Shown piece after piece: positions 31,480-37,980 of a DNA stretch of 37,980 nucleotides (the first letter of the stretch is position 1; each line of letters starts with the position of its first letter). Under the pieces are notes generated by a model. It was not told where the DNA came from, searched no databases, and saw nothing but the letters and a program-made list of their open reading frames with translations. Origin of the DNA: Candidatus Latescibacterota bacterium. GTDB lineage: Bacteria > Latescibacterota > UBA2968 > UBA8231. The DNA lies in contig CBDBIJ010000147.1 in the NCBI GenBank assembly GCA_965205655.1, positions 1 to 37,980 of the forward strand, in the 5' to 3' direction. The translations under genes were made by a program, and so were the position numbers.

Positions 31480-33030
31480 CCTTGATTCGGCAAAAATCAG
31501 GCGACTTTTCGTAGAGCTGCGCTGATTTTTCGGAACTGTTTTTCGGCCTTCTTGTTGCGTTGCAGACGCAAAGTGGCTCGTCCTTCCGGGTGCATCAAGT
31601 GTCCGGCGCGGTTGAACAGCTCGAAACGTAGCGTGCGCACGGATTTCAGGGCCCAGCGGGCGGTATTCTTCCTGGTTCGGTGGCGCTTTATTAGCCCGGA
31701 TTCGATCTGGAAATTGGCTAGGAGATTGTGCGCCAGCACGACAAATTGTTGCCAGACGCTGTTGGCCCGGTAGTCATCCGTGGGAATGGCGTCGAAGGCC
31801 AGCCCCGTCTTGAGTTCGCCGATGGCTTTTTCGTGTAGGCCGCGACCACCCATGAAGCGCCAGAGCGATTTTGCATCGAAAGGTAGGTTGGTGGCCAGCG
31901 CGGAGTATTCCCAGGTGCCGTTATCCGGCTCGAACAGGTCCAACTGGTAATTCTTGCGCGTGGGATGCATCACCCGCTTGCGAAAGATGACCACGTTAAG
32001 GGTGCGTTTCCACTTGCCGACCTTGACCGAAGAAAAGAAGCCGTCGATGCCGTCTTCGACGCGCTGCCAACGACGACGTTGGCGGATCTGGGTTTGCAGG
32101 TCCAGGCAGCGCCAGAACGGCACCTTGATAGCATACTGGGCGCGATGAGCATCCAGCGTCGCCATCACATCCTCTCTGAAAAAGGCGCCGTCCATGCGAA
32201 ATCGCAGCCGGTATGAGCGCCCCAGGGTCTGTTCGATTTGCTCGAACACCGCCTGTAGAAATGGGATGGAGGAAGCGCCATCGTTGACGTTGCCCGGACG
32301 GTTGTGGAGCCGGAGAAAATGACCGCTGTCGGCCAGGTAAGCGGTGATGGGATAGTAACTGGGGACCTTGCGATGATGCGGGTTGTACCCACGGCAGGCA
32401 CCGCCGACCTTGTGGCCGGTGCACAGCACCGTGCCATCGATGTCGATGCTCAGTGTGCGGGCCTTCAACAGACCGATCACCCCGGCGACGACATCGGCGT
32501 TGAGCGTTTTCAACGCCTCTTCGGCGCCCACCGTGAAGCGTTTGAGCCAGCGGCTGACACTGCCGTCGGTGGGCAGGTCTTTCAGACCGCAAAACCGCTG
32601 CAGCAAAGGATCTCCTTGCAAGAAGCCCAGATGTCGCAGTCGACGGCCACCCACCACCAGCAGACCGAGGAGCACCCGACACAGACCTACCATGCCGAAA
32701 TCACTGCCCGGAACGACGGCAGACAGGTGCCGACGCAATTGACGGTTCCATCCGATGCCGCGCAAATACCGGATCAACAGCTCCAAACCGGCATACGAAG
32801 TGAGGCCTTCGGCGGTGAATTCGACGGCCAAATTGTGGTTGACGCGCGTCCTCAAATCCGCTTTCTTTCGTCTCACGGTACGTGGCCTTTCGTTTTTGGT
32901 GAAAAGGGAGTATCGCCACTTCCGAATAACCGGAACGAAAGGCCTTTTTGCTATGGGAGATTCTCAAATTCACCGCCGAATGGCGCGCACTGAACAGCCA
33001 AAATTTCACCGAGTTAATGCCGAATCAAGG
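31480..33030 (-). mobile_element. IS1380-family insertion sequence (1551 bp) with 4-bp target duplication CTAA
   Basis: Perfect 13-bp terminal IRs CCTTGATTCGGCA / TGCCGAATCAAGG; CTAA at 31476-31479 and 33031-33034. Confidence 0.95.
31497..32876 (-). CDS. IS1380-family DDE transposase, intact, 459 aa
   Basis: LTSYAGL, IDIDGT, GYNP....SYYP, RPGN, RMDGAF, RGLHEKAIGELK and AN.......LAHNL. Confidence 0.95.
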   Translation of the reverse strand: MRRKKADLRTRVNHNLAVEFTAEGLTSYAGLELLIRYLRGIGWNRQLRRHLSAVVPGSDFGMVGLCRVLLGLLVVGGRRLRHLGFLQGDPLLQRFCGLKDLPTDGSVSRWLKRFTVGAEEALKTLNADVVAGVIGLLKARTLSIDIDGTVLCTGHKVGGACRGYNPHHRKVPSYYPITAYLADSGHFLRLHNRPGNVNDGASSIPFLQAVFEQIEQTLGRSYRLRFRMDGAFFREDVMATLDAHRAQYAIKVPFWRCLDLQTQIRQRRRWQRVEDGIDGFFSSVKVGKWKRTLNVVIFRKRVMHPTRKNYQLDLFEPDNGTWEYSALATNLPFDAKSLWRFMGGRGLHEKAIGELKTGLAFDAIPTDDYRANSVWQQFVVLAHNLLANFQIESGLIKRHRTRKNTARWALKSVRTLRFELFNRAGHLMHPEGRATLRLQRNKKAEKQFRKISAALRKVA

Positions 33031-33358
33031 CTAATGGCCATCATCAACAACTCCCTCTTCCAACACGAGCGGACTGTTTTCGTCCTGGATGGATGTCTTT
33101 TCAACTGGAAGGGTCGGGCCTACCGGGTGAACGAGGAACTCGTGTACCGGCCTCACGAATACTCCGACAAGCTCCAGGATGCCGACTTCGAGGCCCTGGC
33201 TTCGGCGTGGAAAATCCATCCCGTTGTCGAGGATGTGGAAGAGGAAGTGCCCGCCTTCGTCGAAGAGGAAGAGGACCTGGAAGATCTGCCTTTCGACACC
33301 GACGCCGTACGCTGAACTGGACTCACTTCCGCTTTCGATCATGCCTCGACGCGCAGCC

Positions 33359-34515
33359 ATGAGATGGCGCTGGCGCCTTCTCGTCCTCGGAGTGTGTCTG
33401 CTCACTTTGGAGTGTGTCTGCTCACTTTCAATCCGGGCAAGGTCGGAGCTTCGCCAATCCGAATCGCCACCTTGGGTGGCGATTCGAGGCTTCTCGTCGA
33501 CCCTACGAACATATTCGTCTATCCCGCCCTCGCTGGTGAGATGCCGCACGCGGTTGTCGAACTGTTCGACGATTGGGCTGGCGTCACATTCCCTGTGACG
33601 GAACGCCACGCAGTCGGGCTGTTTCTCAACCGGCCCACGGATAGCCTCGAGCGTCTCAACCTGTACGTGGATCAAACCGGCGGCCGCTTGTTCCGCAGCC
33701 TGGAGGCCGAGCCTCTGGCGGATCTGATCTACTCAATGCGACCAGCGGGCTCGCTACGAGTGGGAGTCGCTGGCCGTTTCTCGCGCGATCGAGAGGAGCT
33801 CCAGGGGGCCGCGGCCTCAGCATCAGCCGCCGATGTGAGACTGGGCCTCGGTGTGGGAGCACCGGATGGCTTGCGGCTAGACGCCGCGATCGGGTTTCGA
33901 CGGCGTCGTCTTGAAGACGCACCCGCCGGAGGCGAGAGCCTTCAGGAGACAGATGGAGACGGCTACGGCCTCGACATGAGAGTGCGGCTGCCCGCCTCGG
34001 GGGGAGCGCTGCTCTTGATGCCCTTCGTGTCGGTCGAGAAAAACGCCTATGCCCTGGCGCCCACGACCCGAGATGATGACGCCATAAGTGTGGGCCTCGG
34101 GCTCAACGCTCGCCCGGCACCGGGAATCCTCGCCATGGCTGGAATCCTGTTCGCTCAGCGGAAAGTGTCGACTCGGAATCCGGGTATGGCTCGGCTTCAG
34201 GAGACCGTGACCACCTCCCCTGCCATCACCCTCGCCATAGAAGCCCAGGTGGGCTCAATGGTCTTCCGCCTCGGCGTGCGGCACGACTCTCGATTTCGCA
34301 GGCTGGTCGGCGGGGATATCCCCAGCCGCAGCTTCGACACGAGAATCGCCCTCGACCTCGGTCTCGGCATGGAATTCGGCCCCGTCTCGCTTGACGGCTA
34401 TCTGGAACGAGATTTCCTCAGAGATGGTCCCCACATCATCGGCGGCGGCCGCCACGGTGGGGGAATTTTCTCGAAGGTGGGGGTCACCTTCCGGTTCTAC
34501 GATTCAACTAGCTAG
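33359..34515 (+). CDS. Predicted outer-membrane beta-barrel; signal peptide thrown out of frame by a 20-bp tandem duplication
   Basis: With one repeat copy removed: MRWRWRLLVLGVCLLTFNPGKVGA-SPIRIATLGGD...NIFVYPA..., followed by alternating beta strands and C-terminal KVGVTFRF. Confidence 0.75.
33389..33428 (+). repeat. Perfect direct tandem duplication, 2 x 20 bp
   Basis: GGAGTGTGTCTGCTCACTTT at 33389-33408 and 33409-33428. Confidence 0.97.
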
Positions 34516-35009
34516 GCCAGCTCCAGCTCGTCTACCTGCTTCTCCAGATCGCGGATCATCCGAGCCTGAGCATCGTTCAACTCGTTCGCTTCGGTCAAGC
34601 GCTGACTGAGAATGCCCACGAGGTTCTGGAGGACTTTCAGTTGCATCCCCTTGTTGGCGGCCAGCATGATTCCCAGCTCCGTCCTGCTCAAAGCGATGAC
34701 GGCGCAGCTCTCGACGGCGACGATGTTGGCAGAGCGCGGCTGACCGGTGAACACTCCCATTTCGCCGATCGGTTTCCCCGCTCGGATTTCGGCCAGTTCC
34801 TCACCCGAATCACCGGTGACCGAGAGCTTGCCCTTCAGAAGGACGAGCATCTCGTCGCTCGGCTCTCCCTTCGCGTAGACGTCCTGCCCCTCTTGCAGGC
34901 TCTTCAGCTGACAGATTCGCAGGAGACGCTGGATCTCCTCGAGCTCGAACCCATCAAAGACCGGAATCTTTCCGATCACCTTGACGAGGTGGTATTGGCG
35001 CTCGTTCAT
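34512..35009 (-). CDS. Stand-alone cyclic nucleotide-binding domain protein with C-terminal coiled coil (no HTH)
   Basis: IPVFDGF, VYAKGEPSDEMLVLLKG, phosphate-binding cassette IGEMGVFTGQPRSANIVA. Confidence 0.9.
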   Translation of the reverse strand: MNERQYHLVKVIGKIPVFDGFELEEIQRLLRICQLKSLQEGQDVYAKGEPSDEMLVLLKGKLSVTGDSGEELAEIRAGKPIGEMGVFTGQPRSANIVAVESCAVIALSRTELGIMLAANKGMQLKVLQNLVGILSQRLTEANELNDAQARMIRDLEKQVDELELA

Positions 35010-35182
35010 CGCACAGCTCCGCAAGACGCCGGTGACAGCCGGGTTTAACCCTAATATCGGCTCGATGCTGACCGACTACAATTGCCAGCCTCTTGCCGTC
35101 GGCCACGATACTTTACCGTCGGATTGGGGCGAGATATATTCTCTATCCGCACGTCCTGGCCCTACCTGAAAAGCCCCAGCCG

Positions 35183-35566
35183 ATGAAGATAGAGTCATTC
35201 AGCCTGCTGTTTGTCGACGATGAGACTGAGTTCCTCTCGACGATCGAGGAGTTCTTCGAGGATCTCGGATACCGGGTTTTCACCGCCCGAAATGGACAGG
35301 AGGCGCTGCTGAGAGTCAAGGAGCACAGACCGAACGCCGTCTTCCTTGACATTTCAATGCCTCACATGGACGGGGCCGAAACACTCAGGCTGATACAGGA
35401 AATCGACGCTGCCATTCAAGTCGTCGTCGTATCCGGCTACGCCTCCGAAGAGCTCGCCCGCGAGTTGCTCAAGGACGGCGCCTGCGATTTCTTCCAGAAG
35501 CCAGTGGACCTCATGCGCCTCCAGGAGACGGTCGAACGCCTCCGGACTCTCCAGGATCTATCGTGA
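35183..35566 (+). CDS. Single-domain response regulator (receiver)
   Basis: LFVDDE, FLDISMPHMDG (phospho-Asp), VVSGY, FQKP. Confidence 0.93.
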   Translation: MKIESFSLLFVDDETEFLSTIEEFFEDLGYRVFTARNGQEALLRVKEHRPNAVFLDISMPHMDGAETLRLIQEIDAAIQVVVVSGYASEELARELLKDGACDFFQKPVDLMRLQETVERLRTLQDLS

Positions 35567-35611
35567 CGTCGGCGCACCCTGCCCTATAGATCCCTTGAAG
35601 AGTCGGCAAGG

Positions 35612-35640
35612 TTGACATTCCACAGAGCCATAGTTATCCT
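35612..35640 (+). promoter_or_regulatory. Sigma70-type promoter upstream of ftsA
   Basis: TTGACA-17 nt-TATCCT, about 210 nt upstream of ATG 35850. Confidence 0.65.
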
Positions 35641-35849
35641 ACGACAGTCAGTGCTCGCCGAGCGCATTTCACCGCCACCTGCGCGGTGTCGCCCGGCCTG
35701 CCCTCCCGCTGACAGGCACTATCCCCCCACGGCGCGACCCCCTTTCCGATAGACTGACGGCCCACTTCGGGCCTTCACCTCGATAGCGCGCCACGAACTC
35801 CGGCCTCGGTTTGAGGTCTGCCTTCGAAAGGCGCAGCCGACACGGAATT

Positions 35850-37064
35850 ATGTCAGGATCTCCAGTAGTCGTACTCGACATCGGCGCCTCCAAAGTTCAT
35901 TGCGTGGTGGGAGAATCCGAGGCCGGGGACGCGAAGATTCTCGGAATGGGCAGCAGCTCGTGCGGTGGCATACGCCGCTCTGCTGTCATCGACATGCCCA
36001 AGGTGGTGGAGGCGATCCGCTGCGCTGTCCGCGAGGCGGAGCATTCGGCGGGACTCAAAATCACCGGCGCCTTTGTTGGAGCGGCCGGCGACGGTGTGGC
36101 GATACACACGAGCAAGAGTGCTGTGGCCATCTCAGGATCCTCAGATCCCATCGACGAAAGTGACGTTCAGCGTGCCCTGGCTGCGGCCGAGCAATCGGCA
36201 CCACCGCCGGAGGCTGCCGTGCTCCATCGCTTCGTGCATAGCTATGCCGTGGACGGAGAGCCGGTGCAGAACCCGCTCTGGCTTCACGGCAACAAGCTCG
36301 AGGTGGAAACCCTCAGCGCCACGGCCTCGAACCACTCCTGCGCGACCCTGCAGCGAGCGGTCGAGGGGGCTGGCCTGGATATTGCCGGTTTCATCCTCGA
36401 GTCGGTAGCAGCGAGCTGGGCATTGCTCTCATCCGATGAACGAGAAATGGGCGTAGGCATTCTCGACATCGGCGCAGGGACATCAGATCTCGCGGTGTAC
36501 AAGGGTGCCCTGCGCCATGTCGGCCAGATCCCCTTCGGAAGTGAGGACATCACCAAGGACCTGTCCGTCGTGTTGAACATCTCACCCCGTGAGGCCGAGC
36601 AGCTGAAGCGGGAGTACGGCTCGGTGTGCTGCCCTGCCGAAGAGGCCGACGAGGTCGTTACCTTCCACACGACGGCCGGACGGCCTCACACCATCGTCCG
36701 GCATCAACTCAGTGCCATCATCGAAGCCAGACAGGAAGAGATTCTCGAATTCGTCGGCCGCCAGCTCGAGGAGTCGCTCGCCGGCGACATCCTGGCGGCG
36801 GGAATGATCTTCACCGGCGGCGGCGCGCTGCTTGACAACATTGATCAGCTCGGAGAGGAGGTGCTCGGGGTTCCAGTCCGCATAGGGACCCCTCACGGAA
36901 TCGTGTCGGCGGAATCAATTGACGATCCACGCCATACGGTGGCTGTGGGGCTGCTTCAGTTCGCCACCGACATCGAGACGTCGCACGCCGGTAGCATCCT
37001 GCCGCCGGCGCCTGAAAGCACCGGGTTTCTGGACAAGATCACGCGCATATTTAGCTTTCTCTAA
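35850..37064 (+). CDS. ftsA: Cell division protein FtsA
   Basis: VLDIGASKV, SHS2 insert (LHRFVHSYAVDG..VQNP...G..LEV), LSSDEREMGV..LDIGAGTSD, ITKDL, AEQLKREYG, FTGGGALL, PVRIG, C-terminal amphipathic helix GFLDKITRIFSFL. Confidence 0.93.
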   Translation: MSGSPVVVLDIGASKVHCVVGESEAGDAKILGMGSSSCGGIRRSAVIDMPKVVEAIRCAVREAEHSAGLKITGAFVGAAGDGVAIHTSKSAVAISGSSDPIDESDVQRALAAAEQSAPPPEAAVLHRFVHSYAVDGEPVQNPLWLHGNKLEVETLSATASNHSCATLQRAVEGAGLDIAGFILESVAASWALLSSDEREMGVGILDIGAGTSDLAVYKGALRHVGQIPFGSEDITKDLSVVLNISPREAEQLKREYGSVCCPAEEADEVVTFHTTAGRPHTIVRHQLSAIIEARQEEILEFVGRQLEESLAGDILAAGMIFTGGGALLDNIDQLGEEVLGVPVRIGTPHGIVSAESIDDPRHTVAVGLLQFATDIETSHAGSILPPAPESTGFLDKITRIFSFL

Positions 37065-37096
37065 CAGCTCCCAACAGCTCGCGGTCGGACCCAGCG

Positions 37097-37172
37097 GCCA
37101 CCCTAGCTCAGCTGGTAGAGCAGCTCACTCGTAATGAGCAGGTCCACGGTTCGAGTCCGTGGGGTGGCTCCA
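37097..37172 (+). tRNA. tRNA-Thr (anticodon CGT), CCA encoded
   Basis: GCCACCC/GGGTGGC acceptor stem, D-loop AGCTGGTA, anticodon arm GCTCA-CTCGTAA-TGAGC, T-loop TTCGAGT, 76 nt. Confidence 0.98.
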
Positions 37173-37181
37173 ATCAGTGGC

Positions 37182-37211
37182 GAGGCACCTGGACAAGCTC
37201 CAGGTGCCTTT
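37182..37211 (+). terminator. Hairpin, probable terminator after ftsA-tRNA-Thr
   Basis: GAGGCACCTGG-ACAAGCT-CCAGGTGCCTT followed by only a short T run. Confidence 0.65.
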
Positions 37212-37331
37212 CGCGTCGCGGCGAGAGACTCGCTGCCGGTGCTGGAAGCCCGGAGTGATTTTCTTTATTATTTGGGAGTGAAGGTTCGTGCGTTGGAAAT
37301 CTACTTCGACCCTTTCGATTAGGACTGTAGC

Positions 37332-37700
37332 GTGAACATCCTCGACATCATTCTGTCAACTCAGGTCATCGCCGGCATCATCATCGTTGCCTCGGTGGCG
37401 ATGGCGGTGCGCTCGATCCTTTTCTTCACCCGGGAGGCCTCGGGAATGGCGCCGAAGCTGATGAAGCTGGATAGCGAGCTCGGCAAGTACAGGGAGGGTA
37501 TGGGCGACAAGAAGAAAACGGTCAAGGAGCTGACGGAGGTGGTCGATCCGCTCCGCGAGCGCGAGGGAAAGCTTCGCAACTACTACGACGGGCTCAAGAG
37601 TTTGGAACTCGAGCACGACAAGCAGAGTTCAGTGGCGAAGGAACACGAGGACGAGGAGCGCAAGAAGCGCATTCAGCGCAAGAAGATGGGATTCGATTGA
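37332..37700 (+). CDS. Hypothetical protein with N-terminal TM helix and coiled coil, 122 aa
   Basis: AGGA RBS and GTG start; hydrophobic VIAGIIIVASVAMAV followed by a charged heptad-like region. Confidence 0.75.
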   Translation: MNILDIILSTQVIAGIIIVASVAMAVRSILFFTREASGMAPKLMKLDSELGKYREGMGDKKKTVKELTEVVDPLREREGKLRNYYDGLKSLELEHDKQSSVAKEHEDEERKKRIQRKKMGFD

Positions 37701-37813
37701 GACTACCAGTCAGCCCGACGACATCGAGCAAGCGCCCACCTCTTTTCCAACCATTCATTTCGCTTCCACCCGCCTGATCTGACTTCCACCCACCCCTGCA
37801 GCGCAGCCCGACT

Positions 37814-37980
37814 GTGCTCACGACGACTGAACTGCCACAGCTGAACGCCGCGCTAAACAGCCTGAGCGCCGTCCTTCTCGTACTCGGTTTCCACAGCATC
37901 AAGGCCGGACGGATAGATCGGCATCGGCGCTACATGCTCGGGGCCCTGGCCTGCTCGTCTGCGTTTCTGGTCTCCTACCT
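37814..37980 (+). CDS. DUF420 (YozB-like) membrane protein, truncated by the window edge
   Basis: Not in the track. Manual translation VLTTTELPQLNAALNSLSAVLLVLGFHSIKAGRIDRHRRYMLGALACSSAFLVSYL matches the LP.LNA.LN...H...M..A...S..FLVSY pattern. Confidence 0.8.
   Translation, partial: MLTTTELPQLNAALNSLSAVLLVLGFHSIKAGRIDRHRRYMLGALACSSAFLVSY

Larger units (their letters stand above)
29813..33315 (+). pseudogene. Membrane-anchored repeat protein of unknown function (~648 aa when restored), interrupted by IS1380
   Basis: The TM-containing ORF at 29813 joins the 29817 frame via one indel at ~29975. Removing the IS and one CTAA gives ...GDPVGDL-MAIINNSLFQ... in frame to the stop at 33315. Confidence 0.8.

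Noticed and set aside
33389..33428. 20-bp direct repeat as a CRISPR array
   Set aside because: Only two abutting copies, no spacer, no cas genes
37097..37172. tRNA-Thr as attachment site of an integrated element
   Set aside because: No duplicate of the tRNA 3' end and no integrase seen; flanking genes look chromosomal

Overview
GC-rich bacterial chromosome segment from a diderm. The FadL/PorV-type and Wzi-type barrels, RNase Y and an FGE-sulfatase lipoprotein suggest an FCB-associated lineage such as Latescibacterota or Gemmatimonadota (inference only). From left to right, a long minus-strand run (small membrane protein, hypothetical, iscU, sodA, KamA-family radical SAM, rny, stand-alone nuoI-like ferredoxin, collapsed rtcB-archease remnant, dxr, membrane protein, queD, excisionase-type HTH, large lipoprotein) is followed by an SSS transporter, FGE-like lipoprotein, aldehyde dehydrogenase and epimerase. 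Next come a PorV/FadL-like barrel with an IS3-family element inserted exactly in its Shine-Dalgarno, a cytidylate-kinase-like protein, a USP-USP-EIIA fusion plus ppx/gppA, a wzi-GT2-radical SAM/SPASM-GT2 operon, eno, an antiporter-like protein and ssb. The right end holds a membrane-anchored seven-repeat protein with an SSB-tail-like acidic end split by an intact IS1380, a beta-barrel with a 20-bp duplication in its signal peptide, cNMP-binding and receiver proteins, an orphan ftsA, tRNA-Thr(CGT) and two membrane proteins. Many genes carry single-base indels, mostly one extra base in a short run, which look like long-read assembly errors rather than real pseudogenes. The best leads are the ssb-divergent repeat protein, the rny-ferredoxin-rtcB-archease RNA-processing run with its deletion scar, the HTH with a beta-clamp motif, and the GT2-radical SAM-GT2-Wzi module. 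All family assignments come from motif recognition; no database search was run.
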